Positions 38,123 through 48,650 are shown, counted from the stretch's first letter. The stretch: DNA of 64,000 bases from SAR202 cluster bacterium (GCA_009392195.1 VFGY01000030.1:1823-65822); one strand, 5' to 3'. Numbers and translations: made by a program. The notes: a model not told the origin generated them from the letters alone.

Positions 38123-39070
38123 TTGACAACTGAAACAAAAAATTATGATGTATTAATTGCCGGTCAAGGTGCAGCAGCTTTTGCAGCTGGACTCTATACA
38201 GCAAGATATCAGATGAAATCTATTATTGTAGGTGAAACATTTGGGGGAGAAACTGCTACAGGTGGACTAATTGAAAATTATCCCGGATATTCAGAAATAG
38301 ATGGGTTTGACCTGATGATGAAATTTCGCGAACAAGTAGCTTCTTATGATGTTCCTATATTGGATGATAAAGTTAGTGCTGTAAAAAAAGATTCAAATGA
38401 TTTTCAAATAGAGACCGAATCGGGAGAAAAATATATTGCAAGTTCTGTAATACTAGGCATTGGAAGAGAACGAAGAAAACTAGGATTGCAAAATGAAGAT
38501 GAATGGACAGGTAAAGGTGTTTCGTTTTGTTCAACGTGTGACGCTCCTTTACACCGAGAAAATATAGTAGCAATAGTTGGTGGTGGTAATGCAGCTATAG
38601 AAGGAGCTGTACTATTATCAAAATATGCTTCAACAGTTTATTTAATTTATAGAAGAAACAAGTTTACTAGACCTGAGCCTGTCAACCTTAAATTACTAAA
38701 TGACTCAAAAAACATCATTCAATTACTAGATACAAATGTTACTTCTTTATTGGGAGATGACGGACTAAATGAAATCTCGATTGATAAACCATACAACAAT
38801 TCAACTAATTTAAATGTAGATGGATTATTCATCGAAATTGGTGCCGATCCAAGAGTCGAAATACCTATTCAATTGGGAATTAACCTGAACGAAAAAAATG
38901 AAGTTATTGTAAATAATGAAATGGAAACTAACGTTGCAGGTATTTTGGCTGCTGGAGATCTTACTGATGCTTCAGGCGACCTGAAACAAACAATCACTGC
39001 AGCAGCTCAAGGTGCAATCGCCGCTAAATCAGCTTATACGTATGTTTCAAATAAAAACGTAGGCGGGTAA
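38123..39070 (+). CDS. Thioredoxin-disulfide reductase-like FAD/NAD(P) oxidoreductase
   Basis: 315 aa. DVLIAGQGAAAFAAG, redox CSTCDA (canonical CATCDG), GGGNAAIEGA, AAGDLTD. TTG start with AGGAG SD. Confidence 0.75.
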   Translation: MTTETKNYDVLIAGQGAAAFAAGLYTARYQMKSIIVGETFGGETATGGLIENYPGYSEIDGFDLMMKFREQVASYDVPILDDKVSAVKKDSNDFQIETESGEKYIASSVILGIGRERRKLGLQNEDEWTGKGVSFCSTCDAPLHRENIVAIVGGGNAAIEGAVLLSKYASTVYLIYRRNKFTRPEPVNLKLLNDSKNIIQLLDTNVTSLLGDDGLNEISIDKPYNNSTNLNVDGLFIEIGADPRVEIPIQLGINLNEKNEVIVNNEMETNVAGILAAGDLTDASGDLKQTITAAAQGAIAAKSAYTYVSNKNVGG

Positions 39071-39156
39071 TCCTAAATTAGGCTTTTACGCTAATATAAA
39101 GTAGTCATTAATGTATGAATGTTCCCCTATGATTCACTAAATATCCTAGTCCTACC

Positions 39157-40257
39157 CTAATGAAATCCGCCCCTGCCAGGAATATCCCAAACATCTTCAA
39201 CAACACCATTCCTAACTACAATAAAATCATCCCATCTATTCACCATTATGTCCTGATAGTAAGGTAATACAACAAATTGCTGCCCTATTTCTAAAGGCAT
39301 AGTATCATCGGACTCCAAAACTATATGATCTTCTAGCAACGTTTTCACCCGTATATTATCGTAACCCTCTACGGATGGGAGATTATCCTTCATCCATGAT
39401 AAACCTCTAAAACCAACATCTCCTATAGCAGTTTTATCATCTGGCTTACTTATAATGGTGCTTAATACTTTATTTGCTATAGCAAATTTTTCCATAAACC
39501 CATAAATAGTTCCCATCAAAGCATATGTTCCCCCCTCTACTTCAGTAACCCCATCCATATTACAGGCAATATCATGAGAAAACGTTTCACCACTAGACAC
39601 AATTTCTACATCTATTCCTTCAGCCTCAATAGCTTCCTTTGCATCAAGACAAATTTGAATAGCTACCCTAGCCGTTTCAATTCTATCCTCTTCTCCTTTA
39701 TACCCTCTTAGCGCTTGATGGCTCATTACACCCCTGAAATCTACTCCTGGCAATTTGACAGCTAATTTTGCTAATTCCACAGCTTTGGAACTATCCCTTA
39801 CACCAGCCCTGCTCATTTGAGTATCAATTTCAATCAACACACCAATACGAGATTTATGTTCAGTTGCTATTTGTGATATGTCTTCAAGGTTTTCCAGACT
39901 ATCGATACAAACTTTTATGTCACCTAGACGTGATAACGAACACATCCTAGCTATTTTATCTCTAGTTACTACTTGGTTAGGAATTAATATATCGGTAACT
40001 CCTGAATGCACCATTGCCTCTGCTTCTGCTACTTTTGCTGTACACACCCCACCTACTGTACCTCCTGCCCATATTTGCATAAGTGCCAATAACGGCGATT
40101 TAATATTTTTGGTATGCTGTCTCATTTTACAAGTTGTGTTCTTATAAGTTTCAGCAACAGCTTTGTAATTTTTTTCTACAGCCTCTATGTCTAAAAACAA
40201 CACCGGCGTATCAAGATCGGATAAATTAGTGCCGGCTGCTGGATGATATTTTTTCAT
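39157..40257 (-). CDS. D-serine dehydratase/D-threonine aldolase-like fold-type III PLP enzyme (DSD1 family)
   Basis: 366 aa. MRQHTKNIKSP matches the family R-P-H-x-K-x-H-K-x-P lysine motif, followed by AGGTVGGVC. Confidence 0.7.
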   Translation of the reverse strand: MKKYHPAAGTNLSDLDTPVLFLDIEAVEKNYKAVAETYKNTTCKMRQHTKNIKSPLLALMQIWAGGTVGGVCTAKVAEAEAMVHSGVTDILIPNQVVTRDKIARMCSLSRLGDIKVCIDSLENLEDISQIATEHKSRIGVLIEIDTQMSRAGVRDSSKAVELAKLAVKLPGVDFRGVMSHQALRGYKGEEDRIETARVAIQICLDAKEAIEAEGIDVEIVSSGETFSHDIACNMDGVTEVEGGTYALMGTIYGFMEKFAIANKVLSTIISKPDDKTAIGDVGFRGLSWMKDNLPSVEGYDNIRVKTLLEDHIVLESDDTMPLEIGQQFVVLPYYQDIMVNRWDDFIVVRNGVVEDVWDIPGRGGFH

Positions 40258-40297
40258 AACTCTACTCCTAGATTAATGACATGCATGATTATTACGA

Positions 40298-41413
40298 TCA
40301 TCTATAATTCCCTCGAGCAGCTATTTCCCACACGACCTCTAATTTTCCTCCTCTTACTCCATTTATATAATCATGAGAATTAAGACAACCGCCAATATCC
40401 CAAGGTACAACCCATATTTTGTCTTTGATTTTGGGGTATTTAATACAAGAATCTTCAACTAAGACAGTACCGTGTTCAGCACTAAGACTGCTGAGTGTTA
40501 GACCCTGCCAGTCGCTAACTATAGCAACCCCAACATCAGCTCCTATAGATTTCTGTCCAGAATCTGTTATAACAATGTTTTTTTCTGGGGTACCGGTTAC
40601 CGTACCCAAAACTCTAGCTGCTGGAACAAATTTAGATTCTAATCTAGCCAAATTAGAATCCATCAATGCATATGACCCAGCCAATATCTGGGTAACGCCA
40701 TTGATGCTAGCAGCCCATTCATAATCAAATGTGGAACCTATGCAAAATTCTGCTATTTCTATACCTTTTTGTTCAATTTTTGTTTTTACTTCAACAATTT
40801 TGCAAACATTCTTTTTATGCTCTTCAAAATCATCTATTGGGAAATAACTACTAAATCCTTCATAAAATCCAACAATCCCTTTGAAATTAACCGAAGACGC
40901 CGAATCAATTGCCTGAGCGAGATCAATACTCCTCTCATCCGGCAAACAACCAAATTCTCCCCCAGAATTAATCAACATGAAAACATCAATAGACACACCA
41001 TTAGATGAAAATGCATCTGATAACGAGTTTAAGTTATCAATCGTTTCAACCACCACGGATATACAAATTCGTTTTGATAATGCTATCAACCTATCTATTT
41101 TTCTTTTCGTTATTACAAAATTCACTAATAGGATATCGTTAATTCCAGAATCAGCAAAAACCTCGGCTTGATCTAAAGTGGAAACACAAATTCCACCGAC
41201 GGTACCTCCTGCAGACATCTGTTTATGTGCTATTGCTGGAGATCTATGTACACTCACGTATGGCCTTAATTTTGGTTTATTACGATCGTTAAAAAAAGAA
41301 GCCATATTTTGAATATTAAAATCTAAATCATCTAAATCTAATACAACTGCGGGAGTATCTAATTGCAAAACATCAGTACCAACCGGTTTAACTATAGGGT
41401 TTTCCATAATCAC
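40298..41413 (-). CDS. DSD1-family paralogue lacking the motif lysines
   Basis: 371 aa. Collinear with 39157..40257, but the motif reads LRPYVSVHRSP. GTG 41413 or ATG 41407 start. Confidence 0.65.
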   Translation of the reverse strand: MIMENPIVKPVGTDVLQLDTPAVVLDLDDLDFNIQNMASFFNDRNKPKLRPYVSVHRSPAIAHKQMSAGGTVGGICVSTLDQAEVFADSGINDILLVNFVITKRKIDRLIALSKRICISVVVETIDNLNSLSDAFSSNGVSIDVFMLINSGGEFGCLPDERSIDLAQAIDSASSVNFKGIVGFYEGFSSYFPIDDFEEHKKNVCKIVEVKTKIEQKGIEIAEFCIGSTFDYEWAASINGVTQILAGSYALMDSNLARLESKFVPAARVLGTVTGTPEKNIVITDSGQKSIGADVGVAIVSDWQGLTLSSLSAEHGTVLVEDSCIKYPKIKDKIWVVPWDIGGCLNSHDYINGVRGGKLEVVWEIAARGNYR

Positions 41414-41599
41414 ACTACCAATTCAATATTTGCCTAATATAAATAAATTTAGAGGCGAAATGAGAATAGCACAATAACCACATACAACACAATTTCAACA
41501 CCTGACCATTTACATTCTAATTGTAAATTTATTTAATAATGAACAAATTTCAATTATCCTTGTATAATATCAGCAACTATACTATCTAAGAGGAACACG

Positions 41600-42142
41600 G
41601 TGGAAACGTTAAAAACTCCCATTGAATCTCATTTATTGGACAATGAAAAAATTAGTTGTATATACCATCCTGATTCAGGTTTTGTAGACAATCCTAATGG
41701 CTATACGCGTTTGATTTACATAACCCCAGAAAGATTACTATATACACAAGAAGATAACGAAACTTCAAAAACCACTTTGATACCCATTTCAAGTATTAAT
41801 TCTATAGAATTTCTTAACGACCAAAAGAAGCGCTTTTCAGGATTAATTTGGGCTTCACTTTCAACATTGGTCGCAATTTTAAGCTTATTCTGGAATCAAC
41901 CTATATGGACTCCATTAATTTGCTTGATTGCTATTGGATTAACTATATATTTTATTGTTGAGCATTCTACAAGGCATAATAGCAAAATTTTTTCAATTTC
42001 ACTTGGTAATTCTAACCTCACCATCCTCTTAAATGACGAAGCAATTGAAGATGCTGTTAAATTAACAAAGATGATATATACACTGAAATCAAACCTGCTA
42101 AATGAATCCAAATCGCAAAATCATGTATTTGCTTTAAGATAA
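41600..42142 (+). CDS. Hypothetical membrane protein (2 central TM helices)
   Basis: 180 aa. GTG start with AAGAGGA SD. No recognised motif. Confidence 0.45.
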   Translation: METLKTPIESHLLDNEKISCIYHPDSGFVDNPNGYTRLIYITPERLLYTQEDNETSKTTLIPISSINSIEFLNDQKKRFSGLIWASLSTLVAILSLFWNQPIWTPLICLIAIGLTIYFIVEHSTRHNSKIFSISLGNSNLTILLNDEAIEDAVKLTKMIYTLKSNLLNESKSQNHVFALR

Positions 42143-42153
42143 ATCATTTACTC

Positions 42154-43179
42154 CTAATTTATCCTTAATGAAGGAACAATATCCATATCCCATTGGTGTT
42201 CAGGTTTAACTCTTAATTTATACCATGCAGCTGCTCCAATCATAGCTCCATTATCAGTACAATATTTTTTCTCAGGTATAATGACTGGAAAAGGTGAATC
42301 CGAATATATTTTGTCCCTCAATAATGAATTAGCTGCTACTCCACCACATACTATTATTCCTTTTACTTTTCTTTCTTTAGCAATTGATAAAGTACGACTG
42401 ACCAAAGAATCTACTAGAGCATCTTGATATTCTTTAGCAATATTGGCTCTTAACCCAAAAGGTATATTCTCTGGTTCAAATTCTTCTGATTGCATTTTAG
42501 TTTCCAATCTTCTTAATAGAGCAGTCTTCAAACCACTAAAACTAAAATCTAACGAGTTTTTAACAACAGGACGTGTAAATTTCGTATCAGCCCCAGTCGC
42601 ACGAGAAGCTAACTTTTCTATTTCAGGTCCACCAGGGAACCCCATACCAAATAAACGAGCACCTTTATCAAAAGCTTCACCAACAGCATCATCTCGAGTC
42701 CTTGCTAAAGTTTCATAATTACCATGTCCATTCATCAAGACCAATTCGGTATGTCCACCAGAAGCAATTAAGCACAAAAGTGGAAACCCAGGATCTATCT
42801 CAGGATCTACATCACCCAACCAAGCAGAATATATGTGCCCTTCAAGATGATTTATACTAGCTATCATTATATTTTTTGAAAAAGCAATCCCCTTTGCAAA
42901 GTTAACTCCAACAAGTAGCGAACCTGCTAATCCTGGTCCATTAGTAACTGCAACTGCATCTAGCTGATCATATTCTATTCCTGTTTTCTCCAAAACCGAG
43001 GATATTGCTGGAAGTATCGAAAACAAATGTTGTCTAGACGCTATTTCTGGAACTATACCTCCATATTTAGCATGCATTTCTTCTTGGGAAGCAATTACAT
43101 TGGCCAAACAATTTCTACCGTCTTCAACTATTGCGACTCCAGTATCATCGCAAGAGGTTTCAATTCCTAATATTTTCAA
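42154..43179 (-). CDS. tsaD: tRNA N6-adenosine threonylcarbamoyltransferase TsaD
   Basis: 341 aa. ILGIETSCDDTGVAIV, HLEGHIYS, GGVAANS. TTG start. Confidence 0.9.
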   Translation of the reverse strand: MKILGIETSCDDTGVAIVEDGRNCLANVIASQEEMHAKYGGIVPEIASRQHLFSILPAISSVLEKTGIEYDQLDAVAVTNGPGLAGSLLVGVNFAKGIAFSKNIMIASINHLEGHIYSAWLGDVDPEIDPGFPLLCLIASGGHTELVLMNGHGNYETLARTRDDAVGEAFDKGARLFGMGFPGGPEIEKLASRATGADTKFTRPVVKNSLDFSFSGLKTALLRRLETKMQSEEFEPENIPFGLRANIAKEYQDALVDSLVSRTLSIAKERKVKGIIVCGGVAANSLLRDKIYSDSPFPVIIPEKKYCTDNGAMIGAAAWYKLRVKPEHQWDMDIVPSLRIN

Positions 43180-43195
43180 ACGACAACCCTTTTAT

Positions 43196-44326
43196 CTAGT
43201 TTATTGAATCCATTATTTCATACATATTACCACCACAAATCATTTCTATTTCTTTTTCTGACAACACTTCTTTACCATATTCTTTAATTTGATCCAAACA
43301 TTGTTTGTAAGTATAGTACCTCATAACCATAGGCATATCTGTACCCCATATAAGCCTATCTGCTCCTACCCTTTCATTCAATTCCTTCAAAGTAGGTAAA
43401 ACCGGCTTCATTGGAAAATCCCAAACGCCTCCTAAAAATATGGGGAATAATAACTGCAAATAAAAATTAGGGTTGTCTAAGGGTGCGGCTTTATAAACCG
43501 AACTTGGTATCGACAATCCATCTCTGTCAATAAATAACCTCCAAGCCAACCCGTGAGTCCATATAACTTTGATGGAAGGATATTTTTTCATCCAATTCCC
43601 AACCTTTTGAAGTTGGTAATTCAAATTTTCAACTAAATCAGATTTACCAGCTAAAGATGTATACCCAGGAGTGATAAACAAAGGGACATTAAGCTTCTCC
43701 AATGACCTCCAAAAAGGATCAAATTTATTGCTATCCCAATCTTCTGCCTTGTTGTATAAAGTCATATGGTCGGGCAAAAATTGCAAACCTTTCAAACCCA
43801 ATTCAGATATAGCGAACTCAAGCATTTTTATTGAATCGTCTATTTTGTCTGCAATCTGCCATTCAGGAACATGGGCTAAACCTTGCAATCTATCAGGAAA
43901 CCTTTGAACACAATCGTATATATATTTGTTCCCAAGACCCAAATAAGGGGTTCTGTGTAAAAGAGCTCGGTCAACACCCGCATAATCCATTTCGGCAACT
44001 AAATCATCTGCATCATAAGACATATTTGTAACAGAAGGGGGCATATATTGTTTAACGTACCTCACTCCTTGGTAAGACCATTCATATCTGCCTCTATGTG
44101 TCGGACCGAAATCTATATCTTTAACAGAATCAATATTCCATTTATCTGCTGGACTAATTTTTGAAACGTCAGGAACTAAGGCTCTATCGTGATCTGTCCA
44201 TACTGGTTGAAAATGCTGAGATATAGCAACTTGTTGATGTTTTTCAAATACTTCTTTCTCTTCAAAGCCGCCTGAACCATGCAGACTAGGAAAACAATAA
44301 GCATGTCCGTCGTAAACAGAAATCAT
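43196..44326 (-). CDS. Amidohydrolase-2 family protein (lactonase/decarboxylase-type TIM barrel)
   Basis: ATG 44326 preceded by GGAGG. LIWGTDMPMV near the C-terminus. The track ORF from 44350 is slightly longer. Confidence 0.65.
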   Translation of the reverse strand: MISVYDGHAYCFPSLHGSGGFEEKEVFEKHQQVAISQHFQPVWTDHDRALVPDVSKISPADKWNIDSVKDIDFGPTHRGRYEWSYQGVRYVKQYMPPSVTNMSYDADDLVAEMDYAGVDRALLHRTPYLGLGNKYIYDCVQRFPDRLQGLAHVPEWQIADKIDDSIKMLEFAISELGLKGLQFLPDHMTLYNKAEDWDSNKFDPFWRSLEKLNVPLFITPGYTSLAGKSDLVENLNYQLQKVGNWMKKYPSIKVIWTHGLAWRLFIDRDGLSIPSSVYKAAPLDNPNFYLQLLFPIFLGGVWDFPMKPVLPTLKELNERVGADRLIWGTDMPMVMRYYTYKQCLDQIKEYGKEVLSEKEIEMICGGNMYEIMDSIN

Positions 44327-44542
44327 AGCCAACCTCCATATAATGACCAATATTATAATTTACTATCGCTGTAAAACGAAACTATGATTACTACTATTAC
44401 TTAGACCTTTGATGATTTATATAAATCCAATCTTAAACGAAGGACATAATCAATATCTTTATCAAACTAAAAGTATAGATATTGAACACAAATAGAATAT
44501 ATGTAACTATATCTAATTGGATAACAACAAAGGAACAAATAT

Positions 44543-45436
44543 ATGAATTGGGAATTTGAGTTAATTGCCGGCCCTTACGGTGGTGTATCTGAAGGTCCTG
44601 TATGGCTTGGAGAAAAACTTATTTTTACTCACATACCATCCAGTACAATTAGACAATACACACCTGCAACAGGAGAAATTTCAATTGTAAAAGAACACAC
44701 CAATTATGCTAATGGACTAACGCTAGACCATGACAACAACCTTTATGCGTGTGAAGGTGATGCAAGAAGAGTGGTCAAGTACGCAAAAAATGAAACCCAC
44801 ATATTAGCTGACAACTATGAAGGTGTTAGCTTGAATATACCAAATGACCTTGTTTGTGATAAAGATGACGATATATGGTTTACAGACCCATTTTATGAAG
44901 CAGCTGCAGGTAAATGGAGTGAAGATAATTCAAATAAAGAATTAACTCATGATTCAGTATATAGACTAACAAAACCCGATAATTCCAAATGGCAAATAAC
45001 TCGGGTAACTTTTGACACTACTAGACCCAACGGGTTGTTATTTAGTTTGAACTACGATTATCTATATGTTGCCCAAAGTGGTAGAAGAGAAGACGAATAT
45101 AGACAATTAAGAACTTATAAAGTGAATCCGGATAAATCATTAGGAGATAGTGAAGTTTTACACGATTTTGGTCCCGATAGAGGAATAGATGGAATGTGCT
45201 TGGATATTAATGGAAACATCGTAGCTACAGCTGGGTGGGAATTAGGTGGACCTGGGCCAATGATTTATGTGTTTTCTCCAAAAGGGGATATTTTGGATAG
45301 TCATCCAGTACCCGCTAATAGACCAACTAATTGTGCTTTTGGGGGAGACAAAATGTCTACTTTGTATATAACCACGACCGACGGCCATTTGTTCAAAGTA
45401 GAAACCGAACTCACTGGCATTAATATAACCCGGTAA
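44543..45436 (+). CDS. SMP-30/gluconolactonase/LRE-family lactonase
   Basis: 297 aa. EGPVW, PNDLVCDKDDDIWFTDP, RPNGLLFS, PTNCAFGG, the characteristic six-blade signature set. Confidence 0.8.
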   Translation: MNWEFELIAGPYGGVSEGPVWLGEKLIFTHIPSSTIRQYTPATGEISIVKEHTNYANGLTLDHDNNLYACEGDARRVVKYAKNETHILADNYEGVSLNIPNDLVCDKDDDIWFTDPFYEAAAGKWSEDNSNKELTHDSVYRLTKPDNSKWQITRVTFDTTRPNGLLFSLNYDYLYVAQSGRREDEYRQLRTYKVNPDKSLGDSEVLHDFGPDRGIDGMCLDINGNIVATAGWELGGPGPMIYVFSPKGDILDSHPVPANRPTNCAFGGDKMSTLYITTTDGHLFKVETELTGINITR

Positions 45437-45492
45437 TAATCTTCCAAAACTGTTATAAAATCAACTCATTCATATAAAATTCGGAGGAACAT

Positions 45493-46569
45493 GTGAGTAA
45501 CAATAAAATTAAACTAGGAATCATTGGAGCAGGTGCAAACACGAAATCTAAACACATCCCTGAATTCCAAAAGATTAAAGACGTAGAAATAACCGCTGTA
45601 GCCAATCGATCAATTGAATCTAGCCAAAAAGTTGCTAAAGAATTTAATATCCCTAAAGCTTACAAAAACTGGCAAGAATTAATGGAATCTCCTGATATAG
45701 ATGCCATATGCATAGGTACTTGGCCATACATGCATGAAATACTTGTAACGGAAGCATTAAACGCAGGTAAACATGTGCTGACAGAAGCAAGAATGTCAAT
45801 GGACGCTACACAAGCTAGAAACATGCTTGATGCCTCTTATCTTAAACCTGAATTAGTAACTCAAATAGTGCCAGCTCCTTTTATTGATACTGTTGAAAAA
45901 ACCGTTTTGGATTTAATCGATAACGATTACTTGGGAGATATTTTATCAGCTGACCTTTCTGGCATACCAGGATTTCAAGCCAATAATGCAACTAGTAGTT
46001 TAATTGATAATTCCGCTCCATTCATGTGGAGACACGATCGAGATCTAAGTGGGTATAACATAATGCTAATGGGAGCATGGTACGAATGTATAATGCGATT
46101 ACTTGGGCCAGCTGCCAACGTTACAGCGATTACCCGTGTGTACAATAAGCAAAGATTAACCGGAAATAACACAAAAAAGATTACCACTATACCAGACCAT
46201 GTTGAAATATTAAGTGAAATGTCCTCTGGTGCTTTAACACATATTAGAATTAGCGAGATAACAGGATTTGCACCAGAAGAAGAACTATGGATTTTTGGTA
46301 GCAAGGGCACTTTACTTTGTACAGGGTTTAATAACTATACATCTGGCAAACTATTTGGAGGTCAAAAAGGAGATAAAGCTCTCAAAGAAATACCAATTCC
46401 AGATGATAAAAAAGGTTATTGGAGGGTTGAACAAGAATTTATAAATGCTATAAACGGAACAGAAAAAGTCTCTCATACCACATTTGAAGATGGCCTCAAA
46501 TACATGGAATTTACTGAAGCTGTTACTAGAAGTTCTCAAAACAGACAGACTATTGCTCTACCTCTATAA
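45493..46569 (+). CDS. Gfo/Idh/MocA-family NAD(P)-dependent oxidoreductase
   Basis: 358 aa. KLGIIGAGANTKSKHIPEF Rossmann start and EARMSMD. GTG start with GGAGG SD. Confidence 0.8.
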   Translation: MSNNKIKLGIIGAGANTKSKHIPEFQKIKDVEITAVANRSIESSQKVAKEFNIPKAYKNWQELMESPDIDAICIGTWPYMHEILVTEALNAGKHVLTEARMSMDATQARNMLDASYLKPELVTQIVPAPFIDTVEKTVLDLIDNDYLGDILSADLSGIPGFQANNATSSLIDNSAPFMWRHDRDLSGYNIMLMGAWYECIMRLLGPAANVTAITRVYNKQRLTGNNTKKITTIPDHVEILSEMSSGALTHIRISEITGFAPEEELWIFGSKGTLLCTGFNNYTSGKLFGGQKGDKALKEIPIPDDKKGYWRVEQEFINAINGTEKVSHTTFEDGLKYMEFTEAVTRSSQNRQTIALPL

Positions 46570-46599
46570 GAATTATGTCCAACAGTAGTTTATTGAACG

Positions 46600-46629
46600 T
46601 TGACCTTATTATTGATGCCCACATATAAT
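46600..46629 (+). promoter_or_regulatory. Putative promoter TTGACC-18-TATAAT upstream of the first DapA-like gene
   Basis: TTGACC 46600..46605 and TATAAT 46624..46629. The AGGGAGGG SD follows before ATG 46686. Confidence 0.3.
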
Positions 46630-46685
46630 TAGTTGGATTTGATTTAACGTGATTATTTTCTAAGAACCTAAGGGAGGGTCGTCGC

Positions 46686-47648
46686 ATGGACAGAAATGAA
46701 CTTAAATCTTATATACAAGGACCAATAGCCACTGTACCGACTGCATTTGATAGTGACTATGAAATAGACCATGGTCGTATGTATGAATTAGCACAAGGGT
46801 GGGTTGAGCAAGGATTGATTAAAGGTAAAGCCGTAATTAAGGTCGCTGCTGCAATGGGTGAAGGACCAATGTTAAGCGATGCAGAATGGCCTTCATTATT
46901 GAGGACAGTAGTACAGGCTACTGGGGGTAAGGCAAGCGTAGTCTGTGGGCTACATTACAAAGACACAAAACGCACTATTGAGGACGCAAAAAAAGCGCAA
47001 GATATGGGTGCAAATGGATTACAAGTTTGTCCTCCAGTTTTTAATCTCCCTTCTCAACAGGACATATTAGATTATTTCAGTGATTTATCTAACGCGATTG
47101 ACATTGGAATAATGGTTTATCACACACATTGGCTTTCTGGTGGAAGAATAGAAGTTGATACTATCCTAAAAATGTTTGATTTTGAAAATATAGTGTCGAT
47201 AAAATGGAGTAACCCAGAAGACGTTGCATATGACGAAATGTCTAAGTTTTCTGAACACTTTAACGTTATTGATAATGGTGGTGACCCAATAAACTGTCAC
47301 CAATTAGGAGGCAGAGGATATATTAATCTTACTGCAGAATCATATCCGAAACATGACCTTAAAGTGTGGGAATTAATGGAATCTAAACAATATGATGAAG
47401 CTCGCAAATTACACGAATCCGTGAACGAGCCATTAAGGAAATTAAGCGATATAATTGACGAACGCTCTGGTGGTCAAGGAAGGGTCAAAAAGGGAATGAT
47501 GGCTCTAATGGGTCAAGCTTGCGGTTCATCTAGACCTCCTTCTAAACCACTGAATGAATCCGATTTCAACCAATTAAGAGAAACTCTTTTAAGCTTCGGG
47601 TGGCCTGTAGCATTGACAGCTAAAGAAGCCCTTGAAGCATCAAAATAA
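46686..47648 (+). CDS. DapA/N-acetylneuraminate-lyase-family class I aldolase-like protein (paralogue 1)
   Basis: 320 aa. AAMGEGPMLSDAEW (GTTGE-equivalent) and Schiff-base lysine context VSIKWSNP. Confidence 0.75.
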   Translation: MDRNELKSYIQGPIATVPTAFDSDYEIDHGRMYELAQGWVEQGLIKGKAVIKVAAAMGEGPMLSDAEWPSLLRTVVQATGGKASVVCGLHYKDTKRTIEDAKKAQDMGANGLQVCPPVFNLPSQQDILDYFSDLSNAIDIGIMVYHTHWLSGGRIEVDTILKMFDFENIVSIKWSNPEDVAYDEMSKFSEHFNVIDNGGDPINCHQLGGRGYINLTAESYPKHDLKVWELMESKQYDEARKLHESVNEPLRKLSDIIDERSGGQGRVKKGMMALMGQACGSSRPPSKPLNESDFNQLRETLLSFGWPVALTAKEALEASK

Positions 47649-47691
47649 GAACTTAAATTTCGTTATTTAAAATTTCAATTAGGAGAATTAA

Positions 47692-48636
47692 ATGATAACA
47701 ATCGAAGAAGCTAAGAAAAAAATGGATGGGGTGGTTATACCTTTGGCAACTATTTTCAAAGATGATCTATCAGTAGATATTGATGCCACACAAGCAAACG
47801 TCCAATGGATTGTAGACCAAGGTGCAAAACCTGGAAATACAGTATTTATAGCAGTTGGTTCAGGTGGAGATTTCACCGTGTTAAATACTGAAGAAAGAAA
47901 GGCTGCTATAAAAGCCATAGCTGATGTAGCAGTTCCAAATAATATCCCAACATTTGCGAGTGTACAAAGTACTGATATTAGAACAACAATAGAATTGTGC
48001 CAGTGGTGCGAAGAAGTCGGAATAGATATCGTCCAGATGAGTAGTGCTTATTATTATGATGTAAAAAAAGGCGACATAATCGCATGGGTTAACGAAGTTG
48101 CTAAGCATACGGATGTAGGTTTTGCGGCATATAGCCATTGGTATAGTGGTTCAAAATACGATATGACAATGGATGTAGCAGAAGAAATTCTTAAAGTTAA
48201 AAATACAGTAGCTGTAAAATGGGCCTCTCCAAATGTCGCTAACTATCTAGCGGGATTGAAATATTTTGCGCCAAAAGCTGCAGTAGCAAACAACGGTCCT
48301 TTAACTGTGCATGGACACCAACTCGGAGCTAAAGCATGGATAAGTCATGTGCCTAATTTTTTCCCTCAGCACTCATGGAAAGTACACGAGCTTATGACCG
48401 CAGGAAATTATGATGAAGCAGGAAAAGTATTAGATGATTTTGACAATGATTATTCTGAAATCCTTGGTGACATAGGATCAAGAACCGCAGGAGAAGGTGT
48501 ATTTGTTAAACCATTCATGAAATATATGGGCAGACCATCTGGACCATCTAGATATCCATCAGTTGATAGTGTAGTAACAGACGAAATTACTCAAAAAATT
48601 AAAAAACTTATGGACAGAGCGCCTTCAATAATTTAA
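47692..48636 (+). CDS. DapA/NAL-family aldolase-like protein (paralogue 2)
   Basis: 314 aa. VGSGGDFTVLNTEER and VAVKWASP. AGGAG SD. Confidence 0.75.
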   Translation: MITIEEAKKKMDGVVIPLATIFKDDLSVDIDATQANVQWIVDQGAKPGNTVFIAVGSGGDFTVLNTEERKAAIKAIADVAVPNNIPTFASVQSTDIRTTIELCQWCEEVGIDIVQMSSAYYYDVKKGDIIAWVNEVAKHTDVGFAAYSHWYSGSKYDMTMDVAEEILKVKNTVAVKWASPNVANYLAGLKYFAPKAAVANNGPLTVHGHQLGAKAWISHVPNFFPQHSWKVHELMTAGNYDEAGKVLDDFDNDYSEILGDIGSRTAGEGVFVKPFMKYMGRPSGPSRYPSVDSVVTDEITQKIKKLMDRAPSII

Positions 48637-48650
48637 TTTCAGCTCAAAGT

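Noticed and set aside
46570-46685. Possible lysine riboswitch upstream of the first DapA-like gene
   Set aside because: The region is only 116 nt, contains a plausible promoter plus SD, and lacks the multi-helix L-box architecture.
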